Shown here piece by piece: positions 1-9,593 of a stretch of 64,000 bases of DNA. The DNA is from Candidatus Babeliales bacterium (GTDB taxonomy: Bacteria; Babelota; Babeliae; Babelales; JANWKD01): the NCBI GenBank assembly GCA_963722255.1, contig CAVRJO010000001.1:672001-736000 (forward strand), in the 5' to 3' direction. How positions within the stretch are numbered: position 1 is the first letter of the stretch; each line of letters starts with the position of its first letter. The translations under genes were made by a program, and so were the position numbers. The notes beneath the pieces were generated by a model, which searched no databases, was not told the origin of the DNA, and saw nothing but the letters and a program-made list of their open reading frames with translations.

Positions 1-503
1 GTGCAGCTACTGAAACTGAAATGAAAGAGAAGAAAGATCGCATCGAAGACGCACTCAATGCTACACGCGCAGCGGTAGAAGAAGGTGTTGTTGCCGGCGG
101 CGGTGTTATTTTAATTCGCGCACAAGATGTTGTTAACAAACTCGTTCTTGAAGGCGATGAAAAACTTGGCGCACAAATTATTGCGCGTACTCTAGAAGAG
201 CCATTACGTATTATTGCAAGCAATGCAGGCGATGAAGCTTCCGTTATTGTTAATGCAGTAAAAGCGCAAACAGGCACTATGGGCTATGATGCAAAAAATA
301 GCAAATTTGTTGATATGGTCCAAGCAGGTATTATTGATCCTGCTAAGGTAACAAGAACTGCATTGCAAAATGCTTCTTCTATTGCCGGATTATTGCTTAC
401 AACAGAAGCTATGATTTGTGATTTACCTGAAGATAAAAAAGATGCTCCTCAAGCTGGCATGCCTCCTATGGGTGGCATGGGCGGTATGGGCGGCATGTAT
501 TAA
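1..503 (+). CDS. groEL: Chaperonin GroEL, C-terminal part (5' end outside window)
   Basis: [54 protein letters not shown] and GGMGGMGGM tail are diagnostic of GroEL. Confidence 0.99.
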   Translation, partial: AATETEMKEKKDRIEDALNATRAAVEEGVVAGGGVILIRAQDVVNKLVLEGDEKLGAQIIARTLEEPLRIIASNAGDEASVIVNAVKAQTGTMGYDAKNSKFVDMVQAGIIDPAKVTRTALQNASSIAGLLLTTEAMICDLPEDKKDAPQAGMPPMGGMGGMGGMY

Positions 504-509
504 GAATTA

Positions 510-639
510 AAAAATTCCGCGTACAAAACAAATAACCAACAGGGGCTCGCAGTAAAGTGCGGGCCTTTGTTGGTTTTATGCTAATAGTGTATACTGAGTA
601 ATAATTGTAAACAGATATTTTCATGTAAATGGAGTTCCA
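510..639 (+). promoter_or_regulatory. groEL 3'-UTR module copy L1: intrinsic terminator hairpin + sigma70-like promoter + RBS
   Basis: Hairpin AACCAAC-AGGGGCTCGCA-gtaaag-TGCGGGCCTTT-GTTGGTT; TTGTTG (567-572), 17-bp spacer, TATACT (590-595); GGAG before ATG 640; module recurs downstream. Confidence 0.75.
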
Positions 640-1506
640 ATGAAAAAAATAATAACTTTAGCTTTAATAATTATTTGCGTGGCTCAAAATATTAGCGCCA
701 ATCAAACAATGTTATATAACGCGTTGTTAAATAATTCTACAGCGGAGATCTGCGCAGCAGTAAAATTAGGAGCGGATGTAAATGTACCAATATATCATAA
801 ATCTCCATTATTTATCGCAATATCTTTTGGTCATTTTGACGCTGTTAAATGCTTGCTTGAATATGGCGCACAAAGCACTCCTGAGCTTAGCGAATTAGCT
901 TTAACTAAAGGAGATGCTAAGTCTTCTATTTTGCTTTTTACTTATTATGATACAAAGCTTAGTCATCTTGATAGTGTATTGATAGAAGAAGGGTTAATCG
1001 TTCATTTAGATTTTGAATCTATAGTATCGCTTATTAAAAGATCACCGGATTTTGCACTTTGTATCAGCAGGTCATCTCGAATAATGCAGTACATAATTAA
1101 TAAGATTGATGACTCTAAAGCCTTTTCCGAATTAATTCAACAGATATTAGATTCCGGGTATAACGTGAATGATCTTTGGAGTTTACTACTCTTTACTCAA
1201 GATATAAATATCACGGCTCTTAAGCTTATTATTGAAAAAGGAGCGGATATTAATATCACCTTTGAAGACGAAGACAAATATTGTTGTTCTTGTTGGACGC
1301 CTTTACTTGCAGCAATCGCTTTAGATAATGAAGAAACAGTGAGAATATTATTGGATGCCGATGCTGATATAAATAAAAGCGAGTATCTTTTCGAAAAAGA
1401 TTGTTCTTGTGTATTTCATGGTCAACATTCGCCTCTTGAATTGGCAATAAAAAAAAATAATAAATTTATAATTAAGCTTTTAATAGAGCATGGTGCTTGC
1501 ATTTAA
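640..1506 (+). CDS. Ankyrin-repeat protein with signal peptide
   Basis: GADVN, SPLFIAI, TPLLAAI, DADIN, SPLELAI ankyrin motifs; MKKIITLALIII N-terminus. Confidence 0.92.
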   Translation: MKKIITLALIIICVAQNISANQTMLYNALLNNSTAEICAAVKLGADVNVPIYHKSPLFIAISFGHFDAVKCLLEYGAQSTPELSELALTKGDAKSSILLFTYYDTKLSHLDSVLIEEGLIVHLDFESIVSLIKRSPDFALCISRSSRIMQYIINKIDDSKAFSELIQQILDSGYNVNDLWSLLLFTQDINITALKLIIEKGADINITFEDEDKYCCSCWTPLLAAIALDNEETVRILLDADADINKSEYLFEKDCSCVFHGQHSPLELAIKKNNKFIIKLLIEHGACI

Positions 1507-1600
1507 ATAATGTTGTAAAAGCACCTATTATTTCTATACAGAAATATAGAAATAATAAACACTGTAACTATATATTCATATAATCACAAAGGGACTCTTT

Positions 1601-2020
1601 ATGAAAAAACTCATAGTAACATGTATGTTTATAACAATCATTTCAACCTTTATAGCAATTGATGCTAAAACTAAAAAACAAATTTTAAATCGATGCAAAC
1701 TTTTAAGCCATATCAAAATTGCTACATTAAAAAATTTACAAAAATTGGAGCAAGAAGCACATGACGGCGATATTTCAAGCGCTCTTGCCTTATATGAAAT
1801 ATTTGAAATGGAGAAAGACGGAAGAGGGTTTTATCATTCTTCTAATGAAGTCTTTAAAAAATTAAGAGCAATTAACTATATAAATGAACTTGGAAAAGTA
1901 TATTCAACAATTCGCGAAAGCTTTAGCGAAGAAGTTTACGAAGAGTGCAAAGCTATATTTGAAGAAGATGAAGAAAGAAATAAAACCATAGAATATTTAC
2001 TTAATAATCCTATCAGATAA
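1601..2020 (+). CDS. Hypothetical exported protein
   Basis: 139-aa ORF, MKK+hydrophobic signal peptide, AGGGA RBS; leader resembles that of the 5427 gene. Confidence 0.8.
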   Translation: MKKLIVTCMFITIISTFIAIDAKTKKQILNRCKLLSHIKIATLKNLQKLEQEAHDGDISSALALYEIFEMEKDGRGFYHSSNEVFKKLRAINYINELGKVYSTIRESFSEEVYEECKAIFEEDEERNKTIEYLLNNPIR

Positions 2021-2155
2021 TAGCCAAACGTGCACCCGGAAACCTAATACGCAAGCATTAATGTTGAATTGGTGCATATTCGTGTGGGGAGAGGAATCCA
2101 AGGGAACATTGGTGTTCTTTTGGCTTTAGGTCTTTTGACATAAAAATACCTAAAT
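2021..2155 (+). repeat. Structured multi-hairpin repeat, copy A
   Basis: TGCACC/GGTGCA stem, apical TAATAC/GCATTA hairpin and terminal TTTAGG...CCTAAA hairpin; alignable to copies at 2838, 4046, 25596, 42500, 62087. Confidence 0.85.
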
Positions 2156-2157
2156 AA

Positions 2158-2285
2158 TAAAATCCACCTACAGAACAAATAACCAACAGGGCCTCGCAGT
2201 AAAATACGGGCCGTTGTTGGTTTTATACTTGTAGTGTATACTGAGTAAGAATGGTAAACAGATATTTTTATATAAATGGAGTTAT
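2158..2285 (+). promoter_or_regulatory. groEL 3'-UTR module copy L2 (terminator+promoter+RBS)
   Basis: AACCAACAGGGCCTCGCAGTAAAATACGGGCCGTTGTTGGTT; TTGTTG-17bp-TATACT; AAATGGAG before ATG 2286; closely matches 510-639. Confidence 0.8.
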
Positions 2286-2837
2286 ATGAGGAAGTTGTTA
2301 GCAATTTTATTATTCGTATATGCCCCAACGAATATTGTATATCCCAATGATTTAATCGAAGAATGGACTGCAAAAGATTTAGCTGAATATACCCTTAAAT
2401 ACATAAACCTGCTCTACATGGAAGAAAATCAATGTGCAGCAAATGATCAATGTAAAGCATATTATAAAGATGATATGTCCGAGTTTGAATCAACGCTAAA
2501 AAAAATTTCCAGTCAAAGACCTGAATTGATACCGGAAGCGCTTGATGAGCTCATTCCCAATGAAAAAAGTAGCAAATTCACTCGAGAACGGTCAGTTGCA
2601 GTTGTAAGCCTTTATTCACGTAATAGAGAAAATAGCAAAAAAAAAGTTAAAGACAAAAATTATACCATTGAAGAAAAACTCGAAGCGAAATATGGAATAA
2701 AAAAAATAGATGGCGTTGAACCAAGTTCAAGCAATTGTAACGCTTGGTCACTTCAAAACCTTTTTAGAACAGCAGATAATGAATGCACACATATTCATCG
2801 CTCTCTCAGGTTTATTCAGAAAATAAAAAATTTATAA
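2286..2837 (+). CDS. Hypothetical exported protein
   Basis: 183-aa ORF with signal-peptide-like N-terminus and GGAG RBS. Confidence 0.8.
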   Translation: MRKLLAILLFVYAPTNIVYPNDLIEEWTAKDLAEYTLKYINLLYMEENQCAANDQCKAYYKDDMSEFESTLKKISSQRPELIPEALDELIPNEKSSKFTRERSVAVVSLYSRNRENSKKKVKDKNYTIEEKLEAKYGIKKIDGVEPSSSNCNAWSLQNLFRTADNECTHIHRSLRFIQKIKNL

Positions 2838-2972
2838 AATATTTCCGCTAGTGCGTCATGAGCCCAAAATCATGAGGCTGCTAAAGCCTCAATGATGTGT
2901 GGTCATATACGCATCCAGGGAACCATTGGTGCTCTTTTAGTTACGGTATTTTGGGTAAACAAAATACTGTAG
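2838..2972 (+). repeat. Structured multi-hairpin repeat, copy B
   Basis: ATTTCCG start, TCAT-GAGGCT/AGCCTC-ATGA apical stem, TACGGTATTTTG/CAAAATACTGTA terminal hairpin. Confidence 0.85.
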
Positions 2973-2975
2973 TAA

Positions 2976-3100
2976 AGAATTCAGTCGTACAAAACGTAAA
3001 AAGGGCTCGCTTGATTGGCTGGCCCTTTTGTTATTTATATTCAAATAGTGTATACTGGGTAATATCAGTAAAAGCATATTTTCATGTAAATGGAGTTTTT
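2976..3100 (+). promoter_or_regulatory. groEL 3'-UTR module copy L3
   Basis: AAAAGGGCTCGC...GGCCCTTTT hairpin; TTGTTA-17bp-TATACT; TTTTCATGTAAATGGAG before ATG 3101. Confidence 0.8.
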
Positions 3101-3979
3101 ATGAAAAAAATCTTATTATTATGCCTAATTCTGTTACCGCAGATATTAAAAGATACGCGATGTTCAGATAAACAAACAAAAGAAGCGACTTACAAAAAAG
3201 TTGAATTTCTTTTCTACCTTGATAAAGATCTAAAGCCCTGGGCCCAAACACAAAATGCCATCGCCGAATTAACAGAAGCATGCCTAGATAATCAACCTAA
3301 GATTCATGATAAAGATGCGATCGAGATACTAAAAAAATACGATATGGTTGATTCTGATGGTGTTATTAACAAATGGGTGTGTGAAGCTGTACAAAAAATT
3401 GAAAGATCATATATCAATTTTGAAAATTTCATAAATTCACTTTCAGACACTCAAGATAAAAACAAACTTTGCGAAGTTGCTGAAGCATTGTACGACTTAC
3501 ACCAATCATACCATTGTAACCCACACACCAAGTTAAACAATCAAATTTTGCAAAAATATGATTTAATTGAACCTGATGGAGCGTTAACCGAAGCTGTATA
3601 CATTAGACTCGAGGAGGCAAGCTCATTCTATGAAGACATTATAGAAAGGGCTCAGGATGATGATGAAGCGTATGATGGTTACCCCGATTTTGTAAAAATT
3701 AAAGAACCATTAATTAACATAATGATTTTAATAAACAATATTATTAATCCAAAATCAAAAGAAAGCGCTTTTGAGCATGCTCGCGCATGGTTTGACATTA
3801 ATAATGCCTATGCAACAAAAAACTTGTTTGTAGATAATACATTTTTACAAAACTACGGACTCATTGATAATAATGGGAAGATCACTCAAGAAGCATATAT
3901 CGCCATAAGTCATCTAAAAACATCAATGAAGATTTTTGATTTTGCACATGTACGACCCGATCGCGGATTTCGCTTTTAA
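3101..3979 (+). CDS. Hypothetical exported protein with three copies of an ILxKYxLxDxxG domain (true start probably 3101, not 2897)
   Basis: MKKILLLCLILL after GGAG RBS; ILKKYDMVDSDG, ILQKYDLIEPDG, FLQNYGLIDNNG. Confidence 0.85.
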   Translation: MKKILLLCLILLPQILKDTRCSDKQTKEATYKKVEFLFYLDKDLKPWAQTQNAIAELTEACLDNQPKIHDKDAIEILKKYDMVDSDGVINKWVCEAVQKIERSYINFENFINSLSDTQDKNKLCEVAEALYDLHQSYHCNPHTKLNNQILQKYDLIEPDGALTEAVYIRLEEASSFYEDIIERAQDDDEAYDGYPDFVKIKEPLINIMILINNIINPKSKESAFEHARAWFDINNAYATKNLFVDNTFLQNYGLIDNNGKITQEAYIAISHLKTSMKIFDFAHVRPDRGFRF

Positions 3980-4045
3980 AAAAGCAAGTTTATGAAGAAT
4001 GCAAAGAAATATTTGAAGCTGAAGACGATGAAAAATAAAAAATTT

Positions 4046-4195
4046 ATAAAATGTTTCCGGTAGCGCGTTATGAATCTGGAATTTTGATGCGTCGGCATCA
4101 ACAATGGAATGGTTCATATATGCGCGGAAGAGCATTCCACCAGCATGGTGGTGTCCTTTTGGTTTTAGGTATTTTTGACATAAAAATACCTAAGG
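4046..4195 (+). repeat. Structured multi-hairpin repeat, copy C
   Basis: TTCC/GGAA, GCGCG/TGCGC, TGAATC/GGTTCA, TTGATGC/GCATCAA, CCACCA/TGGTGG and TAGGTATTTTT/AAAAATACCTA stems. Confidence 0.85.
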
Positions 4196-4204
4196 AAAAT
4201 AATT

Positions 4205-4326
4205 TGTGGCCAATAGAGAGATACATAAGAGAAGAATCTCTTATGGGCCCTTTTGATATTTAAATTCTAATAGTGTAAACTAGGTAATATAAGTAATACT
4301 ATATTTTCATGTAATATGGAGTTTTT
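4205..4326 (+). promoter_or_regulatory. groEL 3'-UTR module copy L4 (diverged hairpin)
   Basis: GGGCCCTTTT hairpin end; TTGATA-17bp-TAAACT; TTTTCATGTAATATGGAG before ATG 4327. Confidence 0.72.
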
Positions 4327-4875
4327 ATGATGAAAAAACAGCTTTTTTCTTTCCTCGCTCTCTTAAGTTTAGCTACATTCTCTATTCATAGTTCAGTATT
4401 TGATAGATTAGATGAATTTATGGAAGCAGCATCTAAAAAAGGTACTGAATATTTAGAGAAAGAATTCGCACGAGAAAAGAAAAGAAAACATAATCAAGCG
4501 GTGCGCATTTTAACAAAGATAAATAGAAAGCATACTCGTGATTTTGAATGTCTTAACAAGACAACTGACATGTCTAAAAGAAACTGTCTTGCTTTCAATA
4601 CTCACACAAAAAAAGAAAATGATCCTTCAATCTATTTTGAACAAATTAAGGAACATCGCAAAAAAACTGAAAGTGCTGAGTTTGATCTCGATGAAAATGA
4701 AAATACCGATCCAAATTTAGATGCACAAATAATTAATGAAAAAATGAACCGTTTGCAAGAAGAATACAAACGACTCTTTAACGATGTAATTCATGCTACA
4801 CGGAGTAAAGAACGTAAAAAATCAGATAAAAAAACTACAGAAATAAGACAAGGTCGTACCATCATTATCAAGTAG
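4327..4875 (+). CDS. Hypothetical exported, charged protein
   Basis: 182-aa ORF with signal peptide MKKQLFSFLALLSL. Confidence 0.8.
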   Translation: MMKKQLFSFLALLSLATFSIHSSVFDRLDEFMEAASKKGTEYLEKEFAREKKRKHNQAVRILTKINRKHTRDFECLNKTTDMSKRNCLAFNTHTKKENDPSIYFEQIKEHRKKTESAEFDLDENENTDPNLDAQIINEKMNRLQEEYKRLFNDVIHATRSKERKKSDKKTTEIRQGRTIIIK

Positions 4876-4879
4876 ATAT

Positions 4880-4943
4880 AAATAAAATGGGCTCGCAGTA
4901 ATAATGCGGGCCTTTTTTATTCTATTAATATATATGGAATTTT
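4880..4943 (+). terminator. Shortened module copy L5 (terminator hairpin + RBS)
   Basis: GGGCTCGCAGTAATAATGCGGGCC followed by a T-run; same stem as the groEL terminator. Confidence 0.8.
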
Positions 4944-5372
4944 ATGAAAAAATTTATATTATTTACTTCTTTAATCTTACTTATTTTCCAACAAAATATA
5001 ATTTCTTCTGAACCACAAACAGATGCCTATGAAAATGCATGTAGAAATTATGAAATATTTGCACGCAATGCAATTATAATTCTAAATAACGTTTATGGAA
5101 CATCAACGTTTACTAACAAACATTATTTGGCAGCAGAAGAAGAATTAAAAGAAGCATGCAAAAAAAATGAGTGTACCATAACAAATCTAGAAAGCCGCAT
5201 TCTATTACAAAAACATGAATTAGTCGATGCTCACGGTAATGTCAAAGAAGAGGTATGTACAGTTTTTAACCATTTAGAAAATAACCAACTTGAATTAGTA
5301 GCAGAAGAAAATTCAGATACTACTTTTGAAATAAAACTAAAAAAAGCTAAAAATAAAAGAGAAGAATACTGA
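4944..5372 (+). CDS. Hypothetical exported protein (ILLQKHELVDAHG domain)
   Basis: Signal peptide; ELKEACKKNEC...ILLQKHELVDAHG shared with the 3101 and 5427 proteins. Confidence 0.82.
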   Translation: MKKFILFTSLILLIFQQNIISSEPQTDAYENACRNYEIFARNAIIILNNVYGTSTFTNKHYLAAEEELKEACKKNECTITNLESRILLQKHELVDAHGNVKEEVCTVFNHLENNQLELVAEENSDTTFEIKLKKAKNKREEY

Positions 5373-5730
5373 AGATTAATTAATTATATAATCATATTAT
5401 TTCATATAACAATAAAGGGACTTTTCATGAAAAGACTTTTACTATTCACACTTTTATGCGCTTCGCACAATACTTTTTGTTTAAAACAAGAAGATGCACA
5501 AAGTAATAAAAAGTCCGATGAAAAAGTTGGTGCACTTTTAACGGATATGATTAGAGCTAAATCAAGAAAAGAATGTAAAGAAATTGGTATGGCATATTAT
5601 GATCTGCACAGAGCATGTGAAGACAATGAATGCAAGGTAACTGATGAAACAAGTAAAGACATATTACAAAAATATAATCTTGTTGACTCTGAAGGTGCTC
5701 TTGAAGATGAAACTTGCAACTCTTTAGAAT

Positions 5731-6642
5731 AGACCTCTTCTGAAACTCATTTAACCAACTCAAAATTATAGATACCCGCAATAAGATTGAAACGGAGCCC
5801 AAATCTTTTTCGTCGATTGCGATATTTGTCAGCAACTATTTTAAAACGTTTTATCATACCAATTACATGCTCATTTAAAACACGCTGGCTTGATAATTCT
5901 CTATTTCGTTGTTTATCTGTTAATGTTAAAGGATTTTTTTTACTTTTTTTCTTTGGCATAGAAGTATTATTATGAATTTTTTTTAGACCTAAATAACCTG
6001 TATCTGTAAGAACTTCAGTAGATTTTGCGAAGTGAATTTTTGAAGTTTTGAAGAGTTTAAAATCATGTCGTTTACCATCTGAAAAATTTGTACAAACAAT
6101 TTCTTTTGTTTTTTTGTTTACAACTACCTGAGTTTTTATAGTATGACGTTTTTTCTTACCGGAATAAAATTTCCGCTGTTTTTTTTAGGACGTTCAATAG
6201 GACTTTCAGTTGCATCTATTAAAATAACTTCAAATTCATTATCGCTTTTCAGTAGCGCTTTTCTGCCAGGCAATCTAAATTCTTTGCTTTGAATAAGAGT
6301 ATTTTCAACCCATCGTATTGCTTCAAATGCATTGCTTTCAGCAATGCCATAACTTGTCGCAATATGAAGATACGTTCGATATTCCCGTATATATTCAAGA
6401 GTCATCAAAAGCATTTCTTCAATACTGAGCTTATTTGGACGTCCTCCCTTTGCCTTTTTTATTTTTTGCGCTTCTTTTAAAATAGAAACCAATACTTCAA
6501 ATGTTTTTCGTTTTACTCCAGTTACTCTTCTAAAGTTTTTTTCTGATGAAATTTTTAATTTTTCATACTTCATAATCGCTTACCCTTTTTTTATAAATCG
6601 ATTATGATTATGCCATAAAATTTATAGTTTCAGAAGAGGTCT
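5731..6642 (-). mobile_element. IS5-family (ISL2-like) insertion sequence
   Basis: Perfect 17-bp TIR AGACCTCTTCTGAAACT / AGTTTCAGAAGAGGTCT; 3-bp target duplication AAT. Confidence 0.95.
5747..6573 (-). CDS. IS5-family transposase in two frames joined by a probable -1 programmed frameshift at CCT-A8-C
   Basis: ORF1 FRRVTGVKRKTF...IDATESPIERPKK; second frame KQRKFYSGKKKRHT...DTGY...EHVIGMIKRFKI. Confidence 0.9.
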
Positions 6643-6905
6643 AATACATAAAAAACAACCCTGATAGCATAAAATTCGTTGGCTTCATCAGCTTTTTAGA
6701 CGTTCCCTTGGTTATGTTAATGATTGGCGGAAAACTTGCATCTATCCTATTAAGATAAAGAACAGCTTTGTAAAGTGCGAGCTTTTTTTATTCTCAAGTA
6801 AATAATGTAATCTATGTAAAGTACTATTTTTTACGAGCTTTTTCATGCTACCGTATAATCATCACTATCAAAATATTCGAAGAAATTGATTTTTAAGGAG
6901 CATGT

Positions 6906-8474
6906 ATGAAGAAGCTGCCAATAGGTATCAGCACATTAGCAACAATAGTTAACGACAACAATTTGTATATTGATAAAACAAAAGAAATCTACAACTTAAT
7001 TACACAAGGCAGCAGATATTTTTTTTCACGCCCGAGCCGCTTTGGCAAATCATTACTTATTTCAACATTAAAAGAGATTTTTTCAGGCAATAAAAAACTT
7101 TTTAAGCATCTCTGGATTGAAAACAGCAGTTATAACTGGAATCAGCACCCGGTCATTCATCTTGACTTTTCAAACATGGCGCATGCAACGGCGCAACAAT
7201 TGCAAGAGAGCATTGTTTTTTCTCTTACTTTAATCGCACAAGAATATGGTCTTGCACAAGAACAGTTTACAACAATGCAAGAATACCTCATTAGTTTGGT
7301 AAAAAATCTTCATCGATTAAAAAAACAAAAAGTTGTAATTTTAATCGATGAATCTGATTATCCATTGCTTCTTCACATAACTAATAAAGAAGAATTACAA
7401 AAACAACAAATGGTACTTAATGATTTTTATGCAACCATCAAAAGTTTAGATGAGGATTTGCATTTTATTTTTTTAACAAGCGTTACTAAATTTGCAAAAT
7501 CATCCGTTTTTTCCGGACTTAATAATGTAGTTGATATAAGTAATGCAGAATTCACAAATTCTCTTTTAGGTTTCACGCACCGGGAAATAGAATTATACTT
7601 TAAAGAAGATATTGAACAGCATGCAGTAACACACAAAAAAAAAGTAGCGGAAATAATGGATAATCTCAAAGAATGGTATAATGGCTACTGTTTTTCAGGC
7701 AATAAAAGTTCTATTCACAATCCATTCTCAATTCTTTTATATATGCAAAGCGGTATTCTTGAACCTTATAGCTTTGAAGCAAATGCGCCACAATCATTGT
7801 TAGTGGTATTAAAAAATGACCTTCCTCTCATACAAGAGATTGCAACCGATTCTTGTATGCTGAGTAGTTTAGCTCCTTGTCAAATTGATGCTTTTCAGTT
7901 GGAAAAATTATTATTTCAAGCAGGCTATCTTTCTATTAAAGATTTTGATCCTGAAACAGATGTATATCATTTGAAGCAACCAAACAAAGAAGCAGCACTT
8001 TCTCTTGCTCATGAGATCCTAACGGCGTTCTCGCGCTTGAATGCTGCAGAGATATCCTCAATATTTGATCGTATGCGTGAAGCATTAGAAGAACATACAA
8101 TGTATGATTTTTTTTCACAATTACATTTTTTTTGCATGCATATTGATTATCCTGTAAACATGCCTCGTGAACAATTTTATTGTATACTTTTTCATTTTAT
8201 TGGCACCATGCTTGGCATGACAATGCATTCAGAAGTTACAACAGATGCCAAAAAAATTGATCTTACCTTGATTACTAAAAAAGATATCTATATAGTTGAA
8301 TTCAGATTCAATACAACAGCACAAGAAGTATTACAACATATTGACCAGAAAAAATATTATGAAAAATATGTGCACACTGGTAAGCCAATTACTTTACTTG
8401 GCGTATCATTTAATTATTCACCAAAAATAGCATTAGAAATTGATTATACATTCAAAAAACACAATGACACGTAA
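6906..8474 (+). CDS. AAA-ATPase-like protein with C-terminal PD-(D/E)XK nuclease-like domain
   Basis: MKKLPIGI, YIDKT, RPSRFGKSLLISTL (Walker A), VVILIDE, WYNGY, KIDL...IVEF. Confidence 0.9.
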   Translation: MKKLPIGISTLATIVNDNNLYIDKTKEIYNLITQGSRYFFSRPSRFGKSLLISTLKEIFSGNKKLFKHLWIENSSYNWNQHPVIHLDFSNMAHATAQQLQESIVFSLTLIAQEYGLAQEQFTTMQEYLISLVKNLHRLKKQKVVILIDESDYPLLLHITNKEELQKQQMVLNDFYATIKSLDEDLHFIFLTSVTKFAKSSVFSGLNNVVDISNAEFTNSLLGFTHREIELYFKEDIEQHAVTHKKKVAEIMDNLKEWYNGYCFSGNKSSIHNPFSILLYMQSGILEPYSFEANAPQSLLVVLKNDLPLIQEIATDSCMLSSLAPCQIDAFQLEKLLFQAGYLSIKDFDPETDVYHLKQPNKEAALSLAHEILTAFSRLNAAEISSIFDRMREALEEHTMYDFFSQLHFFCMHIDYPVNMPREQFYCILFHFIGTMLGMTMHSEVTTDAKKIDLTLITKKDIYIVEFRFNTTAQEVLQHIDQKKYYEKYVHTGKPITLLGVSFNYSPKIALEIDYTFKKHNDT

Positions 8475-9510
8475 AACAAGACAATCTTTTTTATCTCTAC
8501 TCATAATTTTTTCATCACTTTATTGTTCGACAAGTTTGTCATGCGTCAAAATAGAAAATTTTAAAGAACTTGTTTCGTTTGTATTTACTGAACAATCTGA
8601 AGGATATTTAAAATATGCTCGTTATGCATCGGCTTTGCTGGTAGCAGCGTATCCACTCTATTATGGTTGTATAGGAATTAAAGAATGCATCCAAGATTCA
8701 CAAGAAGAAGGTTATACCATTGATGAAGTAGAGCAGATGAAAACTCTAGAAACAACAATTGACATTTCTCATTTAGGATCAATGGTTAATGAAGTAGCAC
8801 AAGAACTAAAAATATCAAAACAGAAGTTATCAAACATTAGATTTAATTTTTATGGAAAACATAAAGGTGGTTCCAATGCCTTCGCGACAAGTCGCACGCT
8901 TGGTTTTTATCTTTCTTTTTTTAGCTTAACAAAAGAAGAACAGGCGCATATACTAGGGCACGAATTTACTCATATAATCGAATATCATAAGTTTATTAAA
9001 GATATTTGTTCTCTTTTAATTCCACTAGGAAGTTATGGTGTAACACAACTCTATATTAAACTTCTAAAGCACAACTTTCATAACAAAAATTTCGAGCTAC
9101 CAACAATAAATAATATACTCATGCTTACCGCTATTGCACCATGCCTATCATTTTGTATAAGTCAAATAGCCTTAAACACAATAACCTGTTATTTAGAAAA
9201 AAGAGCAGATTTGCGCGCAGCACAATCTTTTAAGTATGCTTTGGGAGGCGTCATTGCCTATAATCCTTATGAAGTTAAGGACCCGACTGATGTTAACAAA
9301 CTAAATGAAATAGTTGAAAAAAAAGAGCTCAATGAAGAAAAAAATAAATCAAATTTTTTGCTGAAAAAAATTCCCGCGTTGGAAACAGTAAATTTTTTTT
9401 TAGAATCTCTTTATGGCCTCAATGCGCATCCAAGCAATAGCAAACGATTTTCCTATCTTGCTGAGAAACTTGTTGAATTAGAAAAACAAGAATATAAAAA
9501 AAGCCTTTAA
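8464..9510 (+). CDS. M48-family metallopeptidase-like membrane protein
   Basis: NAFA, GHEFTH (HEXXH), EKRADL, HPSNSKRF motifs; transmembrane stretches. Confidence 0.8.
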   Translation: MTRKTRQSFLSLLIIFSSLYCSTSLSCVKIENFKELVSFVFTEQSEGYLKYARYASALLVAAYPLYYGCIGIKECIQDSQEEGYTIDEVEQMKTLETTIDISHLGSMVNEVAQELKISKQKLSNIRFNFYGKHKGGSNAFATSRTLGFYLSFFSLTKEEQAHILGHEFTHIIEYHKFIKDICSLLIPLGSYGVTQLYIKLLKHNFHNKNFELPTINNILMLTAIAPCLSFCISQIALNTITCYLEKRADLRAAQSFKYALGGVIAYNPYEVKDPTDVNKLNEIVEKKELNEEKNKSNFLLKKIPALETVNFFLESLYGLNAHPSNSKRFSYLAEKLVELEKQEYKKSL

Positions 9511-9549
9511 GGATTTTCACTCTCTAAATACTCGACATGCCTGGCACAG

Positions 9550-9585
9550 AGTGACTTAAGCTGCATGGTTGCAGCTTAAGTCACT
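9550..9585. terminator. Perfect hairpin between convergent genes (bidirectional terminator)
   Basis: AGTGACTTAAGCTGCA-tggt-TGCAGCTTAAGTCACT, 16-bp stem. Confidence 0.8.
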
Positions 9586-9593
9586 ATTTATAA

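Larger units (their letters stand above)
5427..6758 (+). pseudogene. Exported protein gene interrupted by an IS5 element (138 aa when reconstituted)
   Basis: Removing 5731-6642 plus one AAT restores ...CNSLE-YIKNNPDSIKFVGF...SILLR* ending at TAA 6756-6758. Confidence 0.85.

Noticed and set aside
2897..3100. N-terminal extension of the 360-aa ORF
   Set aside because: It runs through repeat B and module L3; the RBS and signal peptide point to ATG 3101.
504..6830. Classical integron/attC cassette array
   Set aside because: No tyrosine integrase in the window. The hairpin ends (AACCAAC/GTTGGTT) only approximate RYYYAAC/GTTRRRY and are absent from copies L3-L6. The hairpins look like terminators with T-runs.
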